Positions 12,859-24,194 of a stretch of DNA of 64,000 nt are shown here, in pieces. The stretch covers positions 558,001-622,000 of the forward strand of contig MU057744.1 of NCBI GenBank assembly GCA_013265495.1, given 5' to 3'. Below the pieces are notes generated by a model. The model did not search any database. It had not been told where the DNA came from and saw nothing but the letters and a program-made list of their open reading frames with translations. Origin of the DNA: Vicugna vicugna (Eukaryota). Numbering within the stretch: the first letter of the stretch is position 1; each line of letters begins with the position of its first letter. Both the position numbers and the translations under genes were made by a program.

Positions 12859-13885
12859 TCAAGTTAGAGTTAGAGATGGTAACTGCTTTGAGTCGATTAG
12901 CAGAGCAGCACACAGGGGCACTGAGTAAGCACAATTTATTCAAAACAGCACAGCAACAAACCACTTCCAGGAGCAGCCTGCAGCACTCCTCCTAAGCTCT
13001 GCCAGCATCACGCCCTGCACTGTAATCAAGGCTAAACGTCTGGAGGAGGTACAATACTTTGCACTTCTTTGTATTTCTCATATGCCTAGCACCCAGATCC
13101 TAAATAAAACAGGTGTCCAATAAAAATTAAACTGAGATAAGTACAAGGAGTCCTCCCAGAGAGCCTCCTTGGCCCACAGAATTACCAAGGTTATGATTCG
13201 TCTTCTCTGCAGAAATGTATTAAACATTTAATGCTTTAATGCGCAGTAAGATGATGCTTCTGGAGATTTGTGTCTTAACAATATGCCAGTAAGAATGCTA
13301 TGCTGTACATCATAAATGCAGACACTAAAGGCACAAAATTCAAATAAAAATATTAATCTACTAACATATTTTATAAAGCTGTTAATCAATTTGGAGGGCA
13401 GTCTTTGCTGACGTACTTTGGTCATTAGAAATTAATTTATGGCAACAGGACACGTGTGCTGAACGTGGGCAGCACCATGACTTCAGAGCACAGGCCTCTG
13501 TGGCGAGGCAGACTCAGTCTCCAGGTCTCTGCCAGCTGCATGATCACCAGCAAGCTGCTGGGTCTCTCTCACCCTCAGTCTCCTGCTCCTGATGGAGGGG
13601 GTCATTTTTGTAAGACTACAGTGGGAGCCTGGTAAATACATTTCAGCTTGTCTTTAGGTCCTAAATACCTAAAAGTACGTCATATAAACACCTTTTTGAA
13701 AAACCTTATTGAAAACAGTAGAAAACAGGCCCCCCTCATTCAATTTAATTTAATTCTATCAGTTTTGGAGGAAAGAAATTCTCTGAGTTTTCTGACACGT
13801 TAGACGCTTTCATGTAACCTGCTCAAGTTTTCCCCTTTCCAAAGTTTTCATCAGAAGCAGTTTTCAATAATGATGAAAAACTTAC

Positions 13886-14116
13886 TTCTTCTCTAACCCG
13901 TTCAGGGCTGCCACCGTGTTACACAACACATAGAGGAGCCCGTTATCCAGCAGCATGTCCGCCACCTTGGAGCAAGAATTCAGGATTTGCAGAAGCAGCA
14001 GGAGAGCGTTATGCAAGAGCAAGTTGTCATACAGGGAGGTCTCTATCAGCCCCAGCACAGGGATGACGGACCACTTCTGAAAAAGCTCTATGTTTTTCAC
14101 ATCTTCCAGATCAAAC
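13886..14116 (-). CDS. LYST: LYST exon 26 (231 nt)
   Basis: ttatag|G...[33 protein letters not shown]...ALNGLEK(N). Confidence 0.95.
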
Positions 14117-15007
14117 CTATAATAAGTAACACACAGTGAAAAACCACATTAGGAACAGTTAACCATGAAATAAAGAAAACTGATTGCAATATGGGCCGTT
14201 TGGCTGACCTGATTTTGAAGCTATGAAACATAAGTTAGGGTAGCAAGGATCCTTAACCTTTTTTTTAGCTCACAGACCCTTCCAATAACAAGATTAAAGA
14301 TGTTGCTAAAACTGTCCCAAGGTGAATATGCCAATATTCAAATGAAACATGCATATAATTTCGTGGTTTTAATTGACTCACTTTAATTTGTCCACGAACC
14401 CCTTAGGTGCCCAAAGAACTCCTGCTTCAGGGGTCTACATGACAGGTGCAGACAAAAACAAATCATTCAAGTGTTTGATACCTCATTTCCCTCATCTGTC
14501 ACTATGTGTGCTGATAAGTGCTCTACCTTCTTCTCGAGGCTGTTGTGAGAATCACATGAGATAACACAGAGCTGCTTTGAAAGAGGCAACAGCTGTACGT
14601 GGATGAAAAGTGTCACTGCTGCAGGTAACAAGTCAACTGATCACGGTCGGAGCTGACCACTTACAAATAAGCAGGAGACACTTAATAATAATAAAAAGAC
14701 ACACATTCCCCTCCATCATAGACAGAAATAATAGTTTAACTTTTCTGCCTAACTTTTGGTTTGGGAGAAAACTATTCTTTATTTTCTGTACGTATTGGCT
14801 AATCCCTCAGCATTACACCAGGGTCAAAGCTCAGTCACCAGTGCGCCAGAAACCCAGGGGAGGCATGGGTTCTTCTCCCGCAACCTGAGGCTCTGATCAG
14901 AGTGAGGAGCTTCCCTGGGGGCCACTCATGGAATCTGCTGCTGAGCATACAGGGGCCACCTTTCTTTTCAGTTAACCTTCTCAGGTTAGCACTATATGCC
15001 AGATCTT

Positions 15008-15272
15008 TTTTTTTAATTAAATTAAATTTTTTTAATTGAAGTATAGTCAGTTTACAATGTTGTGTCAATTTCTGGTGCACAGCATCATGTTTCAGTCATA
15101 CATATACATACATACACTTCCATATTCTTTTTCAGTATAGGTTTCTACAAGGTATTGAGTATAGTTCCCTGTGCTGTCCAGTAGGACCTTGTTGTTTATC
15201 TATTTTAAATAGAGTAGTTCATATCTGCAAATCCCGAACTCCCAGTTTACCCCTTCCCACCCCTTTCTCCCC
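15008..15272 (-). mobile_element. Lineage L1 3' end (5'-truncated)
   Basis: Same family in reverse; TSD ATATGCCA(G/A)ATCTT at 14994-15007 and 15273-15286. Confidence 0.8.
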
Positions 15273-15521
15273 ATATGCCAAATCTTAACCATCACCTTCT
15301 TTCACTTAATTCTTTCTAGTTCCTAGCTAGTGAATGAAATGCAAAGGAAGAAGTTATATTAGAAACAATATCAAATGGAAAATAATACATTGATTCACCT
15401 AGAAAATGACTTTCAGCAGATTTTTTTAAGTGACCAAATAATTTTGTTAGCAGTCAGTTTAATAAATTTTACATTTAAGACAAAGGATCCCAAATTATGA
15501 TGGATGGAAGGACCCACTTAC

Positions 15522-15691
15522 TCTTCATCAAGGCCAATGCGTCGGCCAAAGAACATTTCAATGAAGCATTCTAACAATTCCTGAGTTCCCCGATGAAGAT
15601 ACAACTGGTTTGCTAGCAAGGAAAAGCCACGATTCTTCAGAAATTTATCTTTTTGTTCCTTAGATGCTCTATTAAAATATGCATGCAGTAG
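15522..15691 (-). CDS. LYST: LYST exon 25 (170 nt)
   Basis: ccttag|CTA...[41 protein letters not shown]...IGLDE(E). Confidence 0.95.
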
Positions 15692-16129
15692 CTAAGGAAA
15701 AAAATTTAGACAATTTAGATAATGTATGAAAATTCTGTATGACATAAACAAATCAGACACTGTATTACACGTGTAGTTGGAAATTACTGTTTAATTTCAT
15801 TTAGAACATAGAAAGCTGAAAGGAAATGCCACCTCCACAGCAAAACAGAAATAAACCTCGTCCCTGACTACGCCGGAACGCTGACGACAACGGTCCTGGG
15901 GCTCTTGGCACACCTGTGAGGGGAAACCAGCTTTTTAGCTGAGCATGGACACCTAGTAGACTGGCAGTCTTGGTCGAGTACAGTAGAGTATTTGTGCCTA
16001 ACTTTGATTCTGAAGCAAGAAAAATCAGCCAACACTGTATTACGCTTTCTCTGAAAACATACATATATCCTAGACGTCTGGTTTTCAGACTTCTGGCCGA
16101 CTGTTTATCCTGGGCATCGGCCTACATTT

Positions 16130-16815
16130 CCACCCTTCCTCAGCATCTGAAATGCAGCACGGGTACAACCAAAGTAACCGTTTTCCCTTCCAGACTCACT
16201 GCTTCCGTGGCTCTGATCTCAGACACAGAAGCACCGGGCTCCTAGACTGTAAGTTCAGCCTCGCTTCTGGCTCTCCTCGTCCTGATTTCCCACCTGTAAC
16301 TATGAAGGCATCTCTCCTCCATCCCAGTTAACGTCTCTCAACTCCGCCTGTCTTCCACTCCCCGCCTCCCGGGTCAGGAAGGCATCATTTCTCCCCTAGA
16401 CTCCTGTGCTAGCCAAGAGCCGACAACTTCCACGTCTCTCTCCCTGCCATCCACTCTCTCACAGTGGTGACAGGCTCCTGTTCCCAAAACACACACCCAT
16501 GTACTGCCCTACTTAAAAAGCTTTCTAAGTTCACGGCATTAAACAAAAATACACCTGTGCATGAATCCGTCCCTGGTTCCCCCATGAGAATGAACTGCTT
16601 TCCCTACGCTCCCATGCTTCTCTGTTAACACTCCCACCGAAGCACTGGTCACAGAAGCCCTTACATTTTACTTAGCTGGGTACACGTCTCCCTCCTTGAT
16701 TAGACTATAAACGCTTGAATGCAGGGGCTTATATTATTTCCCTTTATATCCCACATAGCAACAAGCCCAGTGTTTTGCATAATGACATGGAAGCTAAGTA
16801 AATACTGGGTTGAAC
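16130..16815 (+). mobile_element. L2 3' fragment
   Basis: TTAGACTATAAACGCTTGAATGCAGGG and downstream L2-type terminus. Confidence 0.5.
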
Positions 16816-17271
16816 TGCAAGGGATTAAACAATACCCTACATCAAGACAAACTAGAAAATGAGAATCTTTAAAAGGCCATTTCAGTATTATGTCATTTTC
16901 TAATGAAAACTATTCATATTAAACATTTATTCATTCAACAATATACTTAGGACCTTTTATATATTAGACACAAGATTCTTACTCTCAGAGTTTATATTTC
17001 AGTGTGGGAGATTAAAATAACAAGTACACAAATAATTTAAGAGATAATTACAAGACTTGGCTAGGATGCTACTACAGAATAAACGAGGAGCAGGGCCAGA
17101 AGGAAGCCGTTCTGCGAGGTGGTCAGGGAAAGCCTCTTTGAGAAGGTGACACCGGGGCTGAAACCTGAAGTAAATGTCTAAGATTTGATGACACTACACT
17201 GCAGGAGAGGATCCTAATGAACTATGTGTTCCTTGTAATCAGTAGATGCAAAAAACACATTGACATGAGTT

Positions 17272-17404
17272 GGGGGGTAGGTATAGCTCAGTGGTAGAGC
17301 ACATGCTTAGCATGCACGAGGTCCTGGGCTCAATCCCCAGTCCCTCCATTAGATAAATAATAATAAAAAATTAAGTATATGGTTCAGTAATTTAAAAAAA
17401 AAAA
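17272..17404 (+). mobile_element. tRNA-Ala-like SINE (Vic-1-like)
   Basis: GTATAGCTCAGTGGTAGAGCACATGCTTAGCATGCACGAGGTCCTGGGCTCAATCCCC plus A-rich tail. Confidence 0.87.
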
Positions 17405-17615
17405 GAATACGTTGTTCTGAATCAATATATGGAGGAGAGCTGAATTGGATGATACTCCACATAAAAACATGAGTAAAAGGTAACAAACTGTATCAGTTCA
17501 TTAGGGTTAAGAATAAAAAAGCTTTAGGTCTATTTTAAAATGTATACCCAAATTTTAAGTTACACATATATTTATTTTTCCAAATTAAAACAGCATATTC
17601 AGGAGCTGCCCTTAC

Positions 17616-17793
17616 TTTAATAACTCCTCGCTGTATGGCAGGTGACGGGTGGTTAACGAGGACTAAGAGCGCGTCTGCTTGAATGAGCTTGTCCATCACG
17701 TCTTCCAGCATGGCGTCAGGCAGGATGAGAAGGACCCCGCTCAAGAGTTCGTACAGCCCACAGCATATGGGGACCAGGCAGTCTTCAGTCACA
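17616..17793 (-). CDS. LYST: LYST exon 24 (178 nt)
   Basis: ttccag|T...[28 protein letters not shown]...[12 protein letters not shown]. Confidence 0.95.
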
Positions 17794-18429
17794 CTGGAAC
17801 AGAGACCCCAAGAGCCTGACTGACACAGTGCCGGGGAGGGAAGCAGCGCACCGCAACCCCGAGAGCCACGACGAGCGGCAGTAATTTTAACACGTGAAAC
17901 AGAAGTCTGTAAGGTTTAAAGAGATGCTTCCTGACTTAGCTGTGATTAACAAGGCTGCCACCACTTTCTACCACCGGTCCTTTTTAGGTAAGCAGTAGTC
18001 TGTCCTACCTCTGTGATTTCCACGAGCCACGAGTGTTATTTAACTAAAGCTAAATAAAAATGCAGCTGCCCAGCTGCACATTTAGGCGCATGTGCCGACC
18101 CCAGGGGACGGCACAGGCGAGCATTCCCATCACTGCAGAGTCTCACTGACCGTGCTGGTGGAGATGCTTTTGGAAGGAATAAAAAATCGTATAATTTTCC
18201 TAAACTGAAGAGTCTGTCTCTAATAACCATATGGAATTAAACGAACCACAGATGTTTTTTCCTTCAAGAACTATTTATGGTTTAGCCTTTGGTTAAAAGT
18301 GGAATTCAGCATCACTCAGTATTAAAATGAGGAGGGAGGGACCTCTGTTACCAACACACATGCTGTATTTAAGAGGTCATGCGATAAAGCCGCTTCTACA
18401 AGCACGGAGGTTCTCCCCAGCGCAGTAAA

Positions 18430-19190
18430 GGGCAGTAGGGGGGGGAGCTGCGCATAAGAACACGTGAGCACCTGTGAGCGCCTGCGGCCCGGCGGCCCAG
18501 CGGCTCGCAGCGGAGAGGAAAGGCAAAGTTGTCCCAGTCCTCGGCGCTCCTGTCGGCCAGGCTGGGCCAGCGGCCCAGGGCGGCAGCTCCGTGCTGTGAC
18601 GGGAAGGCCAGCCCGAGGCTTGCGACGGTGCTGTGGCTGCGCTGGAACGAGGCCAGCCCCCTCAGGTGATCGGGCCGGCGCGGGCAGGGCTCGTCCCCGG
18701 GACCGGCGTCCTCGGATCCGGGCTCCGCCGCCGTTCCCGGGACGCCGGGGACAGGGGCCTGGGCTGGCAGGGCGGCCTCCGCCTCGCAGACCGTTTTCGC
18801 GGACTCGCAGCTGCTGAGGAAGGCATCTTCCCCGGCTCTCCTCAGCGTCTCGGAGCTCCCCGGCGGACTCTGCTTCTCTGGCCGGGAAGCCACGTAACTG
18901 TCCACGACCCTCTGCAACCCGTCGATGCTGCCCCCCACACTTCCGGGCGGCTTCCGTGGCCAAGTCCGAGGCGAGGAGGTCGGGAAGGCCGGCAGGCTTC
19001 GGGAACGCGGCATGCGGGCAGCCGCCTGCTGCGGGAGAGCCCTGCCGGAGCCGCTTCCTGGCGGGAGCAGACAGGGAAAGGCACTTAGGCGTCCGCCCGG
19101 TGGGGCCCCTTCTGCACACTCGGTCACCGCGGCAGCGAGAACCCCCCCGCGTCGTGACGGGGAAGAATCCCGACAGGTTAGCGTTCCCGG
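18430..19190. promoter_or_regulatory. Intragenic CpG-island-like segment covering exon 23
   Basis: Hand-counted 60-nt lines are about 67-83% GC with dense CpG; abrupt return to AT-rich sequence near 19195. Confidence 0.8.
18472..19057 (-). CDS. LYST: LYST exon 23 (586 nt), extremely GC/CpG-rich
   Basis: cccgccag|GA...AG|GTGCTC; (G)[28 protein letters not shown]...[16 protein letters not shown]...[22 protein letters not shown]...AGAH(S). Phase 1 to 2 fits both neighbours. Confidence 0.92.
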
Positions 19191-19409
19191 TAACTAGTGC
19201 TTAACATTCTTAAGAGTTAAAGCTATTTTTCTTTCAACTACTTGTTATTAAAATCTTCCGAAAATACAGGTCTTCTCCTGTCTCCTTAACAAAATACAGT
19301 ACTGCCTCAATGATTGAAAGCCGTAGGATTAATGGTTCTACCGAAGTGAAATTCAATGAACTGAGTGAAGCGTAGTTCGCCCTGGCGAGCGGTCTCCAGG
19401 CCGCAGGTG

Positions 19410-19625
19410 GACGCGGGGGGAAGAGTGTGCGCTCTGCAACTAGACACCCCTGGCTGCTCAGGTGGCCTCCAGTGAGTCATTTAATTATGTGAGTGCTAGT
19501 CTCTGCAAGTGTAAAAAGGGCGTTCAGAATTTCGACTCTGCAAGGTTGCTCTAAGGATTATGTGAGGTCACACGTGTGATGCAAAGCGCAGACTGCCTGC
19601 CGTAGGACAGGTGCTCAAGGACAGG
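19410..19625 (+). mobile_element. MIR relic
   Basis: Core-like GGTTGCTCTAAGGATTATGTGAGGTCA...TAGGACAGGTGCTCAA. Confidence 0.5.
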
Positions 19626-19699
19626 CAGTAACGGTCGTGCCTGGTGTTGCTATTACTGGACCAAACGGCCCTAGACTGTTCTCTCACTCCTCCAGGTCT

Positions 19700-19835
19700 T
19701 CTTTTTTTTCCCTTCAATTTTTTGGGGGAGGGGTAATTAGGTTTATTTATTTATTTAATGGAGGTACCAGGGATTGAACCCAGGACCTCGTGTATGCTCG
19801 AAAGACTCTACTACTGAGCTGTACGCCCCCCTCCC
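19700..19835 (-). mobile_element. tRNA-Ala-like SINE (Vic-1-like)
   Basis: Reverse tRNA head with T-rich tail; TSD CACTCCTCCA..TCT at 19685 and 19836. Confidence 0.85.
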
Positions 19836-19999
19836 CACTCCTCCAATTCTGCAGTCACTTTTTGCTCTGTTAGTGAGAAGAAAACGTTTTTTCTCTTCTT
19901 GCTGTGGCTCTCCACTTTGCTGCTTCTTATATTCTAAGTAGGAGGAGACAGAAAGTCACTCTCCTCCTCAGTGCATGGGCCATAAGTGACTGCCACTCA

Positions 20000-20178
20000 C
20001 AGTGTCGTCTGCGGGCCGGCCGCGCCCGGGGTCAGGAGCACCTGCGTGACTGCTAGCAATGCACACTCTCAGGCTCCAGATCGACTGAATCAGAACGGAT
20101 GAGGCAGGGCCCAGGGATCTGGTCTAACGAGCCCTCCAGGCAAGTTTTCGGCAGGCTAGAATGTTAGAGGCACTGAGA
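20000..20178. mobile_element. MER5A-like DNA transposon relic
   Basis: ACTGAATCAGAA...GGGCCCAGGGATCTG..TAACGAGCCCTCCAGG motif series. Confidence 0.6.
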
Positions 20179-21637
20179 CGGAGTAAACAAGCACCGAATG
20201 GACTGCTTAGAGCACAGGCTTTGTGATAATAAAGCAGCTCCATAGCTCAGAAGTTTTCCTACTTATTTCGGGACTTCGGCTGGAGGAATAAGGCTGCTGA
20301 AAAGATTCTGTTCAAACGACCGGGAAACAAAGGGGGCATGAATGTGCTTGAAAATGTTTCAGAGTGATGCACGACTATGTTAAAAATAACACTTCCTATT
20401 AAATTCCAAATAAAACTAATTAAACATAGCCTTAAAATATTCAAACAAAAGGCCATAAAATGTGCTAGAGAATAATTGAAACACTTTGGAGATTAATGCC
20501 CAGATATCCTGTCCTTTCTCGCCATCTCTCTATCTTACCAGCACTAGTTCATCATCTGTATCGGAGCTACAGACAAGACTAGGTGGGACTGATAATGAAA
20601 GGAATGTCTCAGTATGGAAGGGGACAGCAGTCAGGAGAGGAAAAGACACACAGTCAGTTCACAACCAGGAGATGTGCACGTGTTTTTTCTCTATAAAGAT
20701 AGAAATGAGGTAGTCTGTTAAGATAAACCAAGAAGAGAGGAACGTACTGTTAGCTTAAAGACTTGAATATACTTGCTACGGAAAAAGGGGGAATTGATTC
20801 TGAACATACAGAAAAATCACAGGGCAGCATTAAAGGGCCAACTACAGTTGCAGACCCTCCTGCGGTTGCAGGAGTTCTCAGCGGTGACTTTCTCGAGCAG
20901 CTTTCAGCAGTGTGAGGAGGGTTAGAGTGAGGAAAGGTTAGGGTTTTTCAGGTCAGGAGTGCATAAAAGGCCAAGGGGACAAGGAAAATGAAGAAGTAAA
21001 ATTATTGGCTAATGGGGACTAGGCTGGAGGGGAAAAAGGAAGGGGGAAATTGGGATGATGACAAAGAAACCAGAGAGACAGGAGGGTGTTGTCAGGGAGG
21101 GGGACACTGGAGGTTCAGAGGTGAGAAGTGTGTTCGGATGCTGTCCAAGGTCAAGGCAAACATACTGGTCAATAAAGTAGAGGGAAAGGTCCCCAGAGTC
21201 AAGGGACATGAGGCAGAGTGTGCGCGGCTGTTCACATGGCAAGTGATGTTGTCTAGAATGACTTCAGGTAGAAAGGAGACAGTGAGCCAAACAAAGCTGT
21301 TGGAGAAAACGGGAAAATAAATCAGAAGCTTACAGAAAGCCACGTGACTATGACCGAAAGGGACAGAGAGTTCCAGAGCAAGAGGGCAGGAGCCTCACCC
21401 GTCTCCTAGGCTCTCCTGAGCCTTTCTTGTGGTTTGGAGTGTGAGTTGCTGGTTCCAGAAAGTAGCGAAACGGATGCCTTCAACATGCTCCATAGTTTTT
21501 AAGTTTAGCCTTCCGTTTACTTAGTCTGAGTGTCAGGCTGACTATGCTGCTAAAACATGAACGATTTATCTATCTATTAACACCCAGAATTAGCTATACT
21601 TTCACTCTTGGGTTTTTATTTTTTAATTTTTTTTTAC

Positions 21638-21769
21638 CTTCGGGTGGTGAAGCAGTAAAAGCAGATGGGCTTATGACCGTCAGTCCAGGGCTGGTAACAG
21701 ACCTTCCTCCACTGCCAGAGCGCCTCTGGCACACAATCGACTGTACTTTCTCCTGAAAGATCTTGCCAT
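21638..21769 (-). CDS. LYST: LYST exon 22 (132 nt)
   Basis: tcctag|AT...G|GTAAAA; (D)[28 protein letters not shown]...ASPPE. Confidence 0.94.
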
Positions 21770-23995
21770 CTAGGATCAAAACGGTTTGAGAGAATTTTTA
21801 AAAAGTATAAAACAAAAATGTAACTTTAAAAGCAAATCATCAAATGCAAATGTTTATGAAAAGAAGTTCAAAGCAGACACACATGGCGCACCTTGTACGC
21901 GAGCGCGCCCTGCGAGTCCTGCCCTAGGCTCTCTGACTGCGCCTGGTCACAGCGACCTCTGCTGCTTTGCAGGCCCTCGGTACCTGCAGTCACTGCTGTG
22001 CTTCAGCAGCCTGACGCTTCACTTTGTATTTGCTAATATGAGCTCTCCGAGGACACTGCTCATCTCTTCACTCCTTGAGGAAAGGGCTGTGTGTTGTTTG
22101 TACAAAGGCCCTTCGATGTCCAATACGACTCCAAAATTGATACCTCCAGCTTAATCGTCCTTTCTGAGCTTCATATGCTTGTAAATTCAACTGCTTGATT
22201 CCTTAAATGCACCACAAATGTGCTAAATCTAAGCCTGAGCCATCCTTCTGCCCTGAATTCACTCCTGTTTTGCTCTCTGGTCCCTTTGGTGGATGCACCC
22301 ATCTCCCATGCAGGAACCAGAAGCCACCCTTGACCACAGCTCTCCTCTATTCATGACTTGTCAGTCTCCGGGTGCTACTGATTGCTGACTTGTGAACGCT
22401 TCTCATCCCCAGAGGAGTGCTATAATGCAGGTACTCTTCACCTGTCACCCGGATTCTTACCAGACTTCTAAGTGGTATCCGTGATGGACATCTGGTCATC
22501 CTCACCTCCTCAGAGCTACCAGAATTCTCTCCACCAAATGTCAGCCCTGGCTAAAAACCTTCCTGTGGCTCTCTGCTGCCTCCGTACCACCCTGGGCAAA
22601 GTCCAAGCTTCTCGTCTAACAGAGTCTCCACGATCTGTCTACACACCCCTTCTCCAGCCTTTTTTCTTACATTACTGCAGCAACATCAAGCTGTTTGCTT
22701 TGCTGGGAAGGCCCTTCCCTTCAACTCCCACTCAACCTTTAAGGCTCAGAGTAGGCGCCATGCCCTCACCATGCTCTGTGGGACCAGAAGACGGAATGCT
22801 GACAGCGCCGTGCCTTCCACGTGGTGTAATGACCTGTCACGTCCCCCTGCCTCTGCTGGACCGTGAGCTCCTCAAGGGAGGGGCCGCATGTTACTTGTCT
22901 TTGCAACCGCCTTGCTGCCAGGATCTTGGTTCACTGAATGTTTGTTGAACCTAACACACCTCACATGCTCATAATCCCACTTGGATTTTTACTGTGGCTG
23001 AATCATCGTATTCACTGATTACATTCCTTAAAATGGCTGCTTCACAACAGTTTCCCGTCTAAACTTGCAGTCTGCTCCCCCCCAGGCGCGCTCTCGCCTG
23101 CTTTCTCACCACGGCCCGCTCTCCTCACCCTCTGAGAACCTGGTCATCCCGCCTGTTCGTCACACCGAGGTCGCTCTTTCTCGTTCCCCCCTCTGCACAG
23201 CATTGCTGCCAGCAGTTCTGTCCTTAGCTTCCCTTTTCCTTCTGTCTCAGCGCTTTTCTTCAGTGGTCTCTTCTGTTCCCAGAGCTGCAACTCACTTCTA
23301 TGCAGGTCGTTTCTCTATACTGAATGTTACTGTAATAATTTACTTACAGCATGTTCCTTGGCTCAAAACAAACACAACAAAGCAAAATCCTTCAATTACC
23401 CCTAACTAGAATACAAGTTCAAACTCCCTGACCTTATAGTCAAGGACTCATTTAATATGACCTTGAGGGGGAAGTAATTGAATGTCCCAAACTATATTTA
23501 TGGTATTATTTCTCACTACTCCTTCATAAATCCCCTATACTTAGTTCATTATTCTTTATTTTCTTTTCCTATTTTTCCTCCTGTTTAAGTCATTCTCTTC
23601 ACCTGGAATGCTAATTCTCCAATCTACCCATGGAATTTTACCTAAAGTCTTCAATGCCCATGCCAGATACATAATCTATGAGGTCTCTCTCCACAGCTGT
23701 CTGATGAAGCCCTCACTCCTCTGACATCTGAGTACTTCTCCTTTTGCATGTACTGGGTACTTACCAGAAATCATTTCTTACTATAATCATTTGAGTGTAC
23801 ATCTCCCCTCACCTCTTGGCATTTAAGCTCATGTCTGGCTCATTTTAGCTCTCCGCTTTGGTCCCAATTCCACTGTGTAATTAGGGCAATTTCTAGCACA
23901 GAGACCATTTGATAAATACCCAACAAATGGAGATCAATTGGGAAAAGAAAAACAAAAGTGGAAAAGCCAAGATCTGCAAAGATGATTATACCTAC

Positions 23996-24194
23996 CTATG
24001 TGCAAAGAAAAGTAGAAGTTTGTGGGGTTGTGACAAACGTAAGTATTAGTAGGAGGGTGGACTGCTAAAAGGAAATTGAAGATAATTGTCAATAATTCCA
24101 AATCTGGAGGAGATCCAAGGACTTCTGCTATAATTTTCACAAATGATCTACAAACCTCGCGGGGCAAGGATGTGAGCTGCCCCTCTTTGTGTTC
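23996..24194 (-). CDS. LYST: LYST exon 21 (199 nt)
   Basis: tttcag|GAA...[37 protein letters not shown]...FYFSLHI. Confidence 0.95.

Noticed and set aside
17272..17347. tRNA-Ala gene (also at 4749 and 44702)
   Set aside because: Copies are mutually diverged, carry A-rich tails and in several cases TSDs; they are SINEs, not functional tRNAs.
18322..19204. Several long overlapping ORFs (265 aa minus; 151, 117, 90, 82 aa plus) suggesting a nested gene
   Set aside because: Stop codons are rare at this GC content. Only the 18396..19127 frame carries LYST motifs and compatible splice sites.
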